Assembly: GCA_964510105.1 (NCBI GenBank)
Contig: CAZEAI010000003.1
Span: 31,805 to 95,804, forward strand
Direction of reading: 5' to 3'
Origin: an uncultured bacterium
Lineage (GTDB): Bacteria; Latescibacterota; MWCZ01
DNA: 64,000 bases
Both the position numbers and the translations under genes were made by a program. Under the pieces are notes generated by a model that did not search any database, was not told the DNA's origin, and saw nothing but the letters and a program-made list of their open reading frames with translations. Positions 45,701-55,326 of this stretch are shown piece by piece. Position 1 is the first letter of the stretch, and each line of letters starts with the position of its first letter.

Positions 45701-47015
45701 CGAAACGCCCGAGCCCATCCCGCTGCACGTGCGAGGGGGAATGCCGGAGGGCGAATCGCTTGATATCGACCTCAGCGGCAACGAGGTCGTTGAGCGCTTC
45801 ACGATCGCAGGCCCGTGGGAGCACCCGCTTTTCGTCGGCAGCTCCACGCTCAGCAACGGGTTCTTCACGTATCCGCTTGAGGGCGCGTCCGACTCCGACA
45901 CGTTGGATGCAGATGGCGGCAGCTTTGTCGAGAACGTCAACTGGCAGGTGGACCTCGTATCCGGACCCAATCTGACGTACGAGACACGATCCACGCAGAC
46001 GTTGTGGCGCGGCCTGATGCGGGACCCGATAGAACTTCTCGGCTCGATGGCCGCTGAGATGGAGGCGCGTCTCAGCGAGGGGGGTAGAGTCGAACTTCGC
46101 GGCATCTACGCCGACAGCAGCCTGAGCATCATCACGGACAACCTGGTAAGCGATCAGGGACGCATGTCGGTACTCGACATCGACTTCCGCCCGGACGGCC
46201 CCCTCGTGCTGGACTGGGATACACGCGCCGATCCGGAGCCGCTTATCAGAGGTCGCGGCGTCGCGGAGGTCGAGATCGACCAGGATGCCTATGGCGAGCC
46301 GGATGCCGGCTCGGGAAGCCTCAGCCGCGAACGCCAGTACCAGAAAATCTACGCCCGCCTCGTGAGTGTAGATCCGCTGACCGGCGTCGTTCGGGAGGGC
46401 GGCAGGCTGGGAGAGCTACGCGTCGAGCTTGACACGGATGCGAGTCGTCAGGGACCCGTCGGCGAGCGCCAACAGCTCGCGGTCTTGCGCATGCTCGGGT
46501 ACCACGCTCCGGTACTCGGCGAGCAGGACTACGACCCGGCGGAGTCGCAGAGCATCGATCCGAAGGACATTGTGACGGCGGGCTATCGGACGCTCCTGAG
46601 ACGGAGCGAGCAGCAGGCGTGGAGGTCGCTGTTCTACCCGTTCCGGCGACAGATACGCAAACTCACGCGCATCGACGTTGTGGAAGTCGAACCATCGTTC
46701 GTGCTAAATCTGCTCGATCGCGATACATACAGCCGGCAGGAACTCACTCCCGAGCAGGCGTACCTGACCTATCTGCAGGGCACGAACTGGACCGTGGGCG
46801 AGTACGTGTGGGGACGATTCCTCTTGTCGTACCATGGCGAACTCGAGCTGACGAGCATCGCACGACCCACTATCGGCGCACGTCACGAGATCGGCGTCGA
46901 GTGGGCCATCAGCCCGCAGACTCGACTCGAACTCAGCCGCGATATCGATGTACCCATCGGCGAGCCAGATACTCGGATCGGCCTGTCGCATCGGTTCGCA
47001 TTCCAGTCATACTAG
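42798..47015 (+). CDS. tamB: translocation-and-assembly-module TamB-like protein (AsmA/DUF490 family), 1405 aa
   Basis: N-terminal signal anchor (LTPTLIVVGVLTIAVGLWAA). Very long beta-rich repetitive body. C-terminal DUF490-like end (...RIGLSHRFAFQSY). Confidence 0.6.
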   Translation: MAQPVRHRHRWLTPTLIVVGVLTIAVGLWAARTVYLLAENLREIVSSEFSARTGGTVRVADLSWNWRYLEFTSVEADAPMLPGAVHLPTVRVHVRLRAAMARDLLAAVDRIELASPTVVVDRSIVERAKQWRDQPPVDDVGPIPRMEIVVDDGTVLWREEGTDSTVAVATGISGWVSVSDDVVLNVSGSLLSGEVNAAARGVIPLNGGRPEVELSAVHVDLRRFDLAAVGSAEGRADLSVSLNEEVTARLALTGAEFITRDDIRIGPITTEVAIDGNAASWTQTDLPIGGLILSTVGCVTWGDEPFIDAQARWSGDVDRLGNLVSDRLAELRGNVRGRIDVSGPLKSPSIVFDAMSDSLRAGRLILSRIGLRGHTEPMADGQDSPQLTLDTFGATFGNDRIDGTGSATLSPLDVALRLRPARIRLASHESLADAEITGSVVVSGEARLRPSGSTASLRISDVDARISGRSPPLRSITATYDSSGMLSLAGHGPGLVLAAIVDEDSLLGARLTGSLDISDYSLPLGDPPAGARGALAFSADASGLQLGGDVILQPHNRDAFPVSVQVESRFSEPGSTTVRLATTSLPYSVLRLDANAVLTLENGSWSVQGWAWRGALQFGGRIGGARDFAALIRVHRAPVEELSGVIRMDKFMTAGTVSGRLRIESTPTRGLSGSGDFTISDMTMKQVDSLQASASINITPAEVSWKSGPVTRNGRTMAFTSGSYAIRNRVASIDIWGPPDGRIEHGLALGGVSLNASGDALWSVGIVDTTGDVHPARLDIEVLATDGELLTIPFDTTQIRLNGNTHWLDLEYAYLSKHRFYTAAADVGRVPVAPPDGGEFDIPIHVRDEPGNDVLWLLTRLIDQGVDGNGSGQAYIRVAGPSSEVVIGEGWVQIDDGTLRWPGGIWPEWQQLTGRAAIAPGERFIRLENLSASVGTGFVTVSNTPASGMGATALTIPAIGASLGTLQIETPEPIPLHVRGGMPEGESLDIDLSGNEVVERFTIAGPWEHPLFVGSSTLSNGFFTYPLEGASDSDTLDADGGSFVENVNWQVDLVSGPNLTYETRSTQTLWRGLMRDPIELLGSMAAEMEARLSEGGRVELRGIYADSSLSIITDNLVSDQGRMSVLDIDFRPDGPLVLDWDTRADPEPLIRGRGVAEVEIDQDAYGEPDAGSGSLSRERQYQKIYARLVSVDPLTGVVREGGRLGELRVELDTDASRQGPVGERQQLAVLRMLGYHAPVLGEQDYDPAESQSIDPKDIVTAGYRTLLRRSEQQAWRSLFYPFRRQIRKLTRIDVVEVEPSFVLNLLDRDTYSRQELTPEQAYLTYLQGTNWTVGEYVWGRFLLSYHGELELTSIARPTIGARHEIGVEWAISPQTRLELSRDIDVPIGEPDTRIGLSHRFAFQSY

Positions 47016-47040
47016 AGCCCGTCGCACGGAGAAGGCCACC

Positions 47041-48084
47041 ATGGAATGGACACCCAACGATCCCGTCTCGCCTCTGGGTCGGGCACTCGCCGACCGGACT
47101 CAGTCGCACCGGTTCGACGCGACGACGCCGGACGAGGCCGCCGCGTGGAGACGCAGCCTGCGACCGGTCGTTGAGCACCTGCTCAGCCTGGACAGGATCG
47201 CCCCGTGCCCACTCAGCGCGCGAACCGTCCGCACGGAGGATTGCGGCTCCTACACCGTCGAACACCTGCTGTACGACAGCGAGCCGGGCGTGACGGTCCC
47301 CGCCGCTCTCCTGGTGCCGAAGGAGCTTTCCACGCCCGCGGCAGCGATGCTCTGCCCGCCCGGTCATGGTCGCGGCCTGAGCGATCAACTCGACAGCGAT
47401 CCCGATGGGCGCGAAGGCGTCCGCGCGCTGAACTACGACTACTCCCGCCAGTTCGCTGAACGGGGGTACGTCGTTCTCACGTGCGAGATACGTGGCTTCG
47501 GCTCGCTGGCGGACCTGGAGATCGCCGAACGAGGCATGGTCGGCAACTGTGAGCATCTCTTCCGTTACGAGCTCATGCTCGGCCGCGTCCTTGCCGGAAT
47601 TCGCACGTGGGACCTGATGCGAGGCATCGACTACCTGGTCACCCGCCCGGAAGTCGACGCGTCGCGAATCGGGTGCGCCGGACTGTCCATGGGTGGTGAG
47701 CTGTCGATGCTCGTCTCCGCGCTGGACGAGCGCGTGCGCGTCGCGATGATCAGTGGATTCCTCTGCACGTACCACGGCCTGCAGATCGAGAAGACGAACT
47801 GCGTCTGCTACACCATTCCACACATCTGGGACGTTTGCGATATGCCGGATATCGCTGGGCTCATCGCGCCACGGCCGCTCGTCATCGAAACGGGTATTCG
47901 GGACGGCTGCTTCCCTTGGAACGCAGTGAACGAAGCATACGGAAGGCTTGGGGATATCTACGCCGCGTACGGCGCGAGCGATATGCTCGTGCGCGATATC
48001 CACGAGGCCGGGCATCGCTTCAGCGGCGTCGTGGCATTCGACTGGTTCGACCGGTGGCTGCGTCCGGCGCAGGTGGGTTCCTGA
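47041..48084 (+). CDS. alpha/beta hydrolase, acetyl-xylan-esterase/cephalosporin-C-deacetylase-like (AXE1/CE7-like)
   Basis: GxSxG nucleophile elbow (GLSMGG), His near the C-terminus (HEAGHRF), fold-typical spacing. Start at ATG 47041 just after the tamB stop. Confidence 0.55.
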   Translation: MEWTPNDPVSPLGRALADRTQSHRFDATTPDEAAAWRRSLRPVVEHLLSLDRIAPCPLSARTVRTEDCGSYTVEHLLYDSEPGVTVPAALLVPKELSTPAAAMLCPPGHGRGLSDQLDSDPDGREGVRALNYDYSRQFAERGYVVLTCEIRGFGSLADLEIAERGMVGNCEHLFRYELMLGRVLAGIRTWDLMRGIDYLVTRPEVDASRIGCAGLSMGGELSMLVSALDERVRVAMISGFLCTYHGLQIEKTNCVCYTIPHIWDVCDMPDIAGLIAPRPLVIETGIRDGCFPWNAVNEAYGRLGDIYAAYGASDMLVRDIHEAGHRFSGVVAFDWFDRWLRPAQVGS

Positions 48085-48178
48085 CACCGAAAGCCGCCCC
48101 GGCTGTGCCACCCGTACATGAAAGAGCGGCGCACCCGGACTGGAGTGCGCCGCTCGCGAACATGCTGTGAACAGTTCC

Positions 48179-49981
48179 TCAGGCCTTGTTGAGCCGCTCC
48201 TCAAGCAGATCGACCTGCTTCACCAGCCGCTCGGGAAGGCGCTCGCCAAACCGAGCAAGATGCTCTCGTATCCCAGGGATCTCCTGTTTCCATGCCTCGA
48301 CATCGACGGCCGTCAGCTCGCCGATATCGTCCTCGGAGATGTCCAGTCCGGTAAGGTCCAGGGCGCCGTCGTCCGGCATGGATCCGAGTGGCGTCTCCTT
48401 CGCACCGGCAACACCGTCCACGCGCTCGCACATCCACTTCAGGACGCGAATGTTCTCGCCAAAACCCGGCCACAGCCACCGGCCGTCCGCATCCTTGCGG
48501 AACCAGTTGACGCGGAACATCCGCGGGCCTTTGTCGCCGAGGCGAACTCCCATCTCCAGCCAGTGACCGAAGTAGTCGCCCATATTGTATCCGCAGAACG
48601 GGAGCATTGCGAACGGATCGTACCGCAGGTTGCCCACGGACCCGATGTTCGCCGCTGTCGTCTCCGAGGCCGTCGTCGCCGCGATGCATATGCCGCGATC
48701 CCAGTCGGTGGCTTCAACAACGAGCGGAGCGACCGTCGTGCGCCGCCCGCCAAACACCATGATGTCGATCGGGACGCCTTGCGGGTCTTCCCAGTCCGGG
48801 GAGATGACCGGACACTGGCTCGCGGGAGTCGTGAAGCGAGCGTTCGGGTGCGCCGCCGGTACATCGCTCTCCGGCGTCCAGTCATTTCCCTTCCAGTCGA
48901 TAGCGTGCTCGGGCGGGTCGCCGTCCATGCCTTCCCACCAGATGTCGCCGTCGTCCGTGAGCGCGCAGTTGGTGAATATCGAGTTCTCGCGAACGGTATC
49001 CATCGCCATCGGGTTTGTGTCGTAGGACGTGCCGGGCGCGACGCCGAAGAATCCCGACTCCGGGTTGATCGCGTACAGCTTGCCGTCCTCGCGGACGTGC
49101 ATCCACGCAATGTCGTCGCCAATGCACTCGCACTTCCAGCCGGGAATCGTCGGCTGCATCATGGCGAGATTGGTCTTACCGCACGCCGACGGAAACGCAG
49201 CCGCAACGTGGTACTGCCGCCCCTCGGGGTTGGTAAGGCGGAGGATCAGCATGTGTTCGGCAAGCCAACCCTCACGGCGCGCGGCATTCGATGCGATCCG
49301 AAGCGCGAGACACTTCTTTCCGAGTAGCGCGTTGCCGCCGTACCCGGAGCCATACGACCAGATGAGATTCTCGTCGGGGAAGTGGCTGATGTACTTGCTC
49401 TCGATTGGAGCGCACGGCCAGACGGCATCCTGCTCACCTTCCTGCAGGGGCGCGCCGACCGAGTGCAGACATGGGATGTACTCTCCGTCGGTGCCGAGCC
49501 GCTCAAGGGCGCTGCCACCGACGCGCGCCATGATATGCATGTTACAGACCACGTACGGACTATCCGTGATCTCCACTCCCACACGGGACATGTCGGAGTC
49601 GACAGGACCCATCACAAAGGGGATCACGTACATGGTCCGGCCCGCCATGCATCCATCGTACAAGCCGGTCATGATGCCCTTCAGCTCGTCGGGATCGATC
49701 CAGTTGTTTGTCGGACCAGCTTCCTCGGGCTTCGCCGTGCTGATGTACGTCCGGGCCTCGACGCGCGCCACGTCCGACGGATCGGATCTGAACAAGTAGC
49801 TGCCGGGGCGCTTGTCGAGAGGAATCGCCATACCGGTCCCAACCATGCGATCCATCATATCCGCGTACTCCACCGTGGAGCCATCGCACCAATAGACCTC
49901 GTTGGGCGTACACATTTGTTCCACTTCGTCGACCCATGCCGCGAGTCGCGTGTGATTCACATTTCGTCGATCAATGCCCAT
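48179..49981 (-). CDS. pckG: phosphoenolpyruvate carboxykinase (GTP)
   Basis: PEPCK-GTP motifs: kinase-1a (AFPSACGKTN), P-loop-like region, FGVAPGTS, WEDPQGVPI, FGGRRTT. 600 aa. Confidence 0.9.
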   Translation of the reverse strand: MGIDRRNVNHTRLAAWVDEVEQMCTPNEVYWCDGSTVEYADMMDRMVGTGMAIPLDKRPGSYLFRSDPSDVARVEARTYISTAKPEEAGPTNNWIDPDELKGIMTGLYDGCMAGRTMYVIPFVMGPVDSDMSRVGVEITDSPYVVCNMHIMARVGGSALERLGTDGEYIPCLHSVGAPLQEGEQDAVWPCAPIESKYISHFPDENLIWSYGSGYGGNALLGKKCLALRIASNAARREGWLAEHMLILRLTNPEGRQYHVAAAFPSACGKTNLAMMQPTIPGWKCECIGDDIAWMHVREDGKLYAINPESGFFGVAPGTSYDTNPMAMDTVRENSIFTNCALTDDGDIWWEGMDGDPPEHAIDWKGNDWTPESDVPAAHPNARFTTPASQCPVISPDWEDPQGVPIDIMVFGGRRTTVAPLVVEATDWDRGICIAATTASETTAANIGSVGNLRYDPFAMLPFCGYNMGDYFGHWLEMGVRLGDKGPRMFRVNWFRKDADGRWLWPGFGENIRVLKWMCERVDGVAGAKETPLGSMPDDGALDLTGLDISEDDIGELTAVDVEAWKQEIPGIREHLARFGERLPERLVKQVDLLEERLNKA

Positions 49982-50324
49982 ACCGTTTGGCCCTTCTCTC
50001 TATGCCCGCTCAAGACGCCCTTCGAGCATGACGATGGATTCGCGGCACGCGTCCGGAAAGTTGATAGTGTCTCTTATACACTAAGTCGCACGCCGAGAAC
50101 ATAACACTTCCGAGCGCCCATTGAGAACTCCCCCGCGCTCGAAATCTGTATCTCTACCGATTGTAGCCCGCTGAAACGGCTCCGCTGACCCGGCGTGGAA
50201 ATGGTATGCTGCCCATACGGCCCCGTTGGAGGTGAGACCAAGGCCAAGAGAAGATACCGCCGCGAGCATGCCCGTCAAGCGCGAGTAACGAACCTCCCGC
50301 TTGACGGCGGCATCGGCGACGGAT

Positions 50325-50347
50325 ATCTTCATACATCGATGAACAAT
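50325..50347. promoter_or_regulatory. candidate Rrf2-type operator (imperfect palindrome) immediately upstream of the Rrf2 regulator gene
   Basis: TTCATACATCGATGAACAA contains the CATCGATG core palindrome flanked by TTCAT/ATGAA arms. It sits about 10 bp before the start codon in an AT-richer divergent promoter region. Confidence 0.35.
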
Positions 50348-50357
50348 TCACGAAGGG

Positions 50358-50771
50358 GTGCCAATGCTGTCGCAGACCTCGCTGCACGCGCTCCGCGCGC
50401 TCGCGCACATGGTCGAACACCGCGACGAGGAGCCGATCCTGTCCAGAGAGATCGGCGAATCGACGGACATACCGGCGAACTACCTGTCGAAGATCATGCA
50501 CGCGCTGGGCGCGGCGGGCGTACTCACCGCGGTGCGAGGCAAGAACGGGGGGTACCGATTCGCTCAGGACCCCTCGCGGACGCGGATCGTGGATATCGTG
50601 AACCTCTTCCAGAACACGGAGCAGTTCCGCGTGTGCCTGCTGGGAAACCAACGGTGCTCCGACGACAAGCCGTGCCTCATACACGAGCGTTGGAAGCCAG
50701 CGTCGGAGGCCATGTTCAAGTTCCTCGATGAGACGAGTCTGGCGGATCTGCGCGCGCCCGATATACCGTAA
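50358..50771 (+). CDS. Rrf2-family transcriptional regulator (NsrR/IscR-like, three-Cys cluster ligands)
   Basis: N-terminal wHTH (SLHALRALAHMVEH...REIGESTDIPANYLSKIMHALGAAGVLTAVRGKNGGYRF) and C-terminal CxxxxxxCxxxxxC ligand set (CLLGNQRCSDDKPC). Confidence 0.75.
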   Translation: MPMLSQTSLHALRALAHMVEHRDEEPILSREIGESTDIPANYLSKIMHALGAAGVLTAVRGKNGGYRFAQDPSRTRIVDIVNLFQNTEQFRVCLLGNQRCSDDKPCLIHERWKPASEAMFKFLDETSLADLRAPDIP

Positions 50772-50831
50772 CACTGCGAACTACGCTTACGCACACACGA
50801 CCACATCCAGCCCACTCGGGAGTTACCAAGC

Positions 50832-51380
50832 ATGGACGCAATCGAACAGCTCATGGCGGAGCACAGAATCATAGAGTCAGTCATCTCGGCGCTCGATGCA
50901 TACGTGGCTCGCGTCGCAGCCGGCGACGACGTTCCCTCCGAGGACGCGGCCCGTTTCGCGGAGTTCTTCCGTGAGTACGCCGACAGGTGCCACCACGGCA
51001 AGGAAGAGGATATCCTGTTCATCTCCATGATCGAGCATGGATTCCAGAAAGAGGCCGGCCCGCTGGCCGTCATGTACCAGGAACACGACGCCGGGCGAGC
51101 GCACGTACGCGGGCTGCGCGAAGCGGCATCCGCCGGAGCATGGACCCCGGACAGTCGCGATGCTGTCGTCGAGCATGGTACTCAGTTCGGAGAGCTCCTG
51201 CGCGCCCACATCCAGAAAGAGGACGGCATCCTCTACCCCATGGCCACCACCCGCATCCCCGAGGCGCGCATGTCGGCGATGGCCGGGGAATTCGACGCCT
51301 TCAATCGAGACGACGTCGGCACCGAAGTCCAGATCAAGCTCCAGGCTCTCGCGGACGAGCTTATAGCGCTATATCCGTAA
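50832..51380 (+). CDS. hemerythrin HHE cation-binding domain protein (di-iron; likely nitrosative/oxidative-stress related)
   Basis: H..E/HH..EE spacing (EHRIIE...HHGKEEDILF...HIQKEDGILYP) typical of hemerythrin-like domains. Immediately downstream of the Rrf2 regulator. Confidence 0.6.
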   Translation: MDAIEQLMAEHRIIESVISALDAYVARVAAGDDVPSEDAARFAEFFREYADRCHHGKEEDILFISMIEHGFQKEAGPLAVMYQEHDAGRAHVRGLREAASAGAWTPDSRDAVVEHGTQFGELLRAHIQKEDGILYPMATTRIPEARMSAMAGEFDAFNRDDVGTEVQIKLQALADELIALYP

Positions 51381-51546
51381 CGTATCACCCACGCGGATTG
51401 TCGCCGCACTTCCTTCGCAGTATATTTTAAGTTTGCGCCGATGCCGGGCGCGACGGTTTCATCGTCCGGCGTCATCGCGCGCGGGCACGCTCGGAAACGG
51501 TGCTGGTCCGCGCGACGGGTTACCACCAATGGAGGGTACTCTACGG

Positions 51547-51747
51547 ATGCCAGGTGTTCTAGTTCGCGAGAGAGAACCATTCGAGAAGGCACTCAAGCGC
51601 TTCAAGAAGGCGTGTGAGAAGGCTGGAATCATGTCCGACATGAAGCGTCACCAGCACTTCGAGAAGCCGAGCGAGCGACGCAAGCGCAAGCTCAACGCGG
51701 CACGCCGAAAGATGCGCAAGCAGCAGCTCCTGGACGAGGGGCGATAG
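51547..51747 (+). CDS. rpsU: 30S ribosomal protein S21
   Basis: MPGVLVREREPFEKALKRFKKACEKAGI...RRKMRKQQ matches S21. GGAGGG RBS. The longer upstream ORF extension is rejected. Confidence 0.85.
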   Translation: MPGVLVREREPFEKALKRFKKACEKAGIMSDMKRHQHFEKPSERRKRKLNAARRKMRKQQLLDEGR

Positions 51748-51762
51748 TTCGGAGCACACTCG

Positions 51763-52215
51763 ATGTCAGCTATCGAGACCCGGCTGCAGGACGACCTCAA
51801 GGTCGCCATGAAGGCCGGTGACAAGATTCGCGTCGGCACACTGCGACAGATCAGGTCCCAGCTCCAATACGAGAAGATGGACGCCGGTGACTCGTGGTCC
51901 GAGCAATCCGCGCAAGCCGTTCTGATGAAGGCGGCGAAGATGCGAGCCGAGTCGATGGAGCAGTTCGAGGCGGGCGGACGGGATGACCTCGTCGAGAAGG
52001 AACGCGCCGAACTGGATATCATCGAGGAGTACCTTCCGGACCAGATGAGCGACGACGAACTCGACGCGTTGGTCGCGGCGGCGGTTGAGGAGATTGGCGC
52101 CACGGGGCCCCAGGACATGGGCAAAGTCATGGGTGTCGTAATACCCAGGACGAAGGGCCGCGCCGACGGCGGCAACGTCAGCGCGCGCGTCAGACAGAAA
52201 CTCGCGGGCTTGTAG
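51763..52215 (+). CDS. yqeY: GatB/YqeY domain protein
   Basis: Full-length match to the YqeY pattern (LQDDLKVAMKAGDK...EKERAELDIIEEYLP...MGKVMGVV). It commonly follows rpsU. Confidence 0.8.
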   Translation: MSAIETRLQDDLKVAMKAGDKIRVGTLRQIRSQLQYEKMDAGDSWSEQSAQAVLMKAAKMRAESMEQFEAGGRDDLVEKERAELDIIEEYLPDQMSDDELDALVAAAVEEIGATGPQDMGKVMGVVIPRTKGRADGGNVSARVRQKLAGL

Positions 52216-52347
52216 TTCGCTCGACGGGAATAGACATATCGCGATGGACATGGGAAGGGCCGCATCCGCAGCAACGCGGTGCGGCTTCTCGCATTTCTGT
52301 CGACAATGGCGGCGCTCCTGCGCGGGGTCCCAGGGAGTTGGACGGCG

Positions 52348-52941
52348 ATGGACGGCGGTATCTTCGGTCTCCTGATAGTAGATGCGGCGGCACTCGCGCT
52401 CATCGGCATTCTGGCGGTGAACGGCTGGCGACGTGGTCTCGTGAGTTCGTCGATCGGCATCGTGGGCTTCTTCATCGCGATCTGGGCGGGAGCGCGCTAC
52501 GCGCCGTCGATCAGTGGGCTGTTCGGCGATGAGTTCGCCGAGCCGGTTCGTTTCGGCCTGTCGTTCCTCGTCATACTGGTCGGAGTCGTCGCGGCCGTGA
52601 CCATCGCGGGCAGAACACTATCCGCGATCATGAACGCGACGCCGCTGGGCATAGTCGACCACGCCGGTGGTGCGGCGATTGGCGCGCTAAAGGGCTTCGT
52701 TCTGGTATCGGTCGTCGCGATCGTGATCGCGCTCGCGCCGGTACCGAGCGCATGGCAGTCGACCTACATGGAGTCGAAGACCGTTTCGGCGTCGACGAAG
52801 GTAACCGGATTCGTCGTTCGACTGGCGCAGCCGTACGTATCGGAGCCACTACGCCAGTTCATGGACGCGGTCGACCGTTACATCGGCCCGATTCCGGAGG
52901 ACCTCCCCGACCTGCCGGGCTCCGGCCTCGACCAATCGTAG
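52348..52941 (+). CDS. cvpA: CvpA family membrane protein (colicin V production protein-like)
   Basis: MDGGIFGLLIVDAAALALIGILAVNGWRRGLV N-terminus and four TM helices in the CvpA arrangement. Start at the internal ATG. Confidence 0.6.
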   Translation: MDGGIFGLLIVDAAALALIGILAVNGWRRGLVSSSIGIVGFFIAIWAGARYAPSISGLFGDEFAEPVRFGLSFLVILVGVVAAVTIAGRTLSAIMNATPLGIVDHAGGAAIGALKGFVLVSVVAIVIALAPVPSAWQSTYMESKTVSASTKVTGFVVRLAQPYVSEPLRQFMDAVDRYIGPIPEDLPDLPGSGLDQS

Positions 52942-52956
52942 GCGGAGCTTCTACCG

Positions 52957-55326
52957 ATGACCGGCACGCATACTCTCGACGTCCTCGAATTCCCTCGAGT
53001 GAAGACTCTCATCGCCGAACTCGCGGCTTCCGCGTTCGGGCGGGAGGCGGTTGAGCAGTCCGAACCCTTGTCCGACCCCGATGACATCCGTGAGCAACTC
53101 GCGTTTGCCGACGAGATGGCGCAGGCTGTCCGCTGGGGTGACCCGGTTCCCATGGGCGGACTGCGCGACATCCGGAACGCGCTCGCAGTCGCCGAGCACC
53201 CCGGCTCCCGAATAGATCCGACTGAACTCCTCGAACTAGGCGACACGATCCGTTCGACGGGTCGCATCAAGTCCCATTTTGGCTCTCGGCGGGAGAAGTA
53301 CCCACGCATCGCCGACATCGCGTCGGCGATCGAGGACGCAAGCGATCTCGCGGCCAAGATCGACCGAATCGTCGACGGAGGCGGCTTCGTGAAGGACTCG
53401 GCCAGCTCGAAGCTGGCGCGCCTCCGACGCGACCTCGATCAGGAGCGGCAATCGTTGCGCTCGGGGCTCGACCGCATGGTGAACCGCCTTTCGGACGACG
53501 TGATCGGGGACCGGGTCGTGTCGTTCCGGGCCGGGCGGCCGGTCATACCGATTCGCGCAACTCACCGGAACCGGCTGCCGGGCATCGTGCATGACCAGTC
53601 CGCCACAGGTCAGACGATCTTCGTCGAGCCGATGGAATCGGTTGAGCAGTCGAATCACATACGACAGCTTGAGCTTGACGAAGAGCGCGAGGTCGAACGC
53701 ATCCTCACCGAGCTGACCGACGCCGTCAGGGAGCACGTCCCGGCCATACGTTCGACGCTGACGGTGGTGCGGGAGCTGGACCGTCTCTACGCCATCGCGT
53801 CGTACGCGGACACATCGAACGGCGTCGCTCCGACGATCAGCGACGACGGCACGTTCAAACTCGTCGAGATGCGACACCCGCTACTCGACGAACGTCTGCG
53901 CGCCGAGGGTGGCGAGGGCGCCGTTCCCGTCACGGTACGTCTGACCGGCGATCAGCGAATCGTGGTCGTCAGCGGCCCCAATGCCGGCGGCAAGACCGTC
54001 GCGCTGAAGACCATCGGGCTGGCAAGCGTGATGGCGCAGGCGGGATTCCTCATTCCCGCGGGCCATCTCACCGTATTGCCCACGTTCACGACCGTATTCG
54101 CGGAGATCGGCGACGAGCAGTCCATCGAGCAGGATCTTTCCACGTTCAGCTCTCGCATGGGGCACCTTGCCCGCATTTCCGAGGAGGCCGACAGCGATAC
54201 CCTCGTGCTCATCGACGAGCTTGGCTCAGCTACGGACCCGGAGCAGGGCGCCGCTCTCTCGCGCGCGCTGCTCAGCCGATGGGGAGATCGGGGCGCGCTC
54301 GCGATCGTAACGACTCACCTCGGCGCGCTCAAGGAATTCGCCCACGAGCATCCCCGCGCGGCGAATGCATCGATGGAGTTCGATCAGGAGTCGCTCAGTC
54401 CGACGTTCCGGCTGCACCTCGGAATCCCCGGATCCAGCTACGCGCTGGAGATATCGCGGCGAGTCGGGTTGGAGCAGGAGATCATCGACGACGCGGAACG
54501 CCAACTCGGCGAGGATGTCGTCCGCACGGAAGAACTCATCGCCGACCTCACGAGGCGGCTCGAACGGGCTGTCGAGCGCGAACGCGAGCTGGAACGGCGG
54601 GCTCGGGAGCTTGAGACCCGCGAATCGGAATACGAGGAACGATTCTCCGCCGTGCGCGCCGACCAGAAACGGCTGGTTCGCGAGGCCAACGAGAAGGCGG
54701 AGAAGATCCTGCTCGATTCCCGTGCGCTCGTGGAGCGGACCGTCGCGGAGCTGCGTCGGACGCAAGCTTCCAGCGACGCCATACGCGAGGGGCGGCATTC
54801 GATTCAGGAGTCGCTTGCCGAGACTCGAAAGGCCATCGAGGCAAGTGCGCCGGAGCCGGTGGTCCGCACCGACAAGCTTGAGGTTGGTGATTGGGTGCGT
54901 GTGGCAAGCCTGGGCCTGACTGGCGAACTCGTGGCGCTCGACAAGCACCGTGGGGCCGTCCAGACGGACACCGCCCGGATGGAGGTCTCCGCCGATCAGA
55001 TCGAGCGCGCGGGGGAACGTCCACGCGGCCGCGCGACGAAGGGCGGCGGCGTCTCGGCCCAGACGTCCGCGGCAGACACGTTCAAACCCGAGATCGACGT
55101 GCGCGGCCTGACGTTCGACGACGCGTGGACACTCGTCGACCGGTATCTCGACGACGCCGTGCTGGCCAGGTATCCCCGCGTGCGCATCATTCACGGCAAG
55201 GGAACCGGCGCACTGAGGAAGAAATTCGGCGAGCAGCTCGCCGGCGACGACCGCGCGGGTTCACATGCGCTCGGGGAACTGCACGAGGGCGGCATCGGCG
55301 TGACCGTCGTGAACGTGCGGAGTTGA
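52957..55326 (+). CDS. mutS2: endonuclease MutS2 (MutS domain V ATPase + C-terminal Smr domain)
   Basis: Walker A (SGPNAGGKTV), ST..DELG.ATDP, long coiled-coil, C-terminal Smr (IDVRGLTFDDAW...IIHGKGTGALR). Confidence 0.85.
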   Translation: MTGTHTLDVLEFPRVKTLIAELAASAFGREAVEQSEPLSDPDDIREQLAFADEMAQAVRWGDPVPMGGLRDIRNALAVAEHPGSRIDPTELLELGDTIRSTGRIKSHFGSRREKYPRIADIASAIEDASDLAAKIDRIVDGGGFVKDSASSKLARLRRDLDQERQSLRSGLDRMVNRLSDDVIGDRVVSFRAGRPVIPIRATHRNRLPGIVHDQSATGQTIFVEPMESVEQSNHIRQLELDEEREVERILTELTDAVREHVPAIRSTLTVVRELDRLYAIASYADTSNGVAPTISDDGTFKLVEMRHPLLDERLRAEGGEGAVPVTVRLTGDQRIVVVSGPNAGGKTVALKTIGLASVMAQAGFLIPAGHLTVLPTFTTVFAEIGDEQSIEQDLSTFSSRMGHLARISEEADSDTLVLIDELGSATDPEQGAALSRALLSRWGDRGALAIVTTHLGALKEFAHEHPRAANASMEFDQESLSPTFRLHLGIPGSSYALEISRRVGLEQEIIDDAERQLGEDVVRTEELIADLTRRLERAVERERELERRARELETRESEYEERFSAVRADQKRLVREANEKAEKILLDSRALVERTVAELRRTQASSDAIREGRHSIQESLAETRKAIEASAPEPVVRTDKLEVGDWVRVASLGLTGELVALDKHRGAVQTDTARMEVSADQIERAGERPRGRATKGGGVSAQTSAADTFKPEIDVRGLTFDDAWTLVDRYLDDAVLARYPRVRIIHGKGTGALRKKFGEQLAGDDRAGSHALGELHEGGIGVTVVNVRS

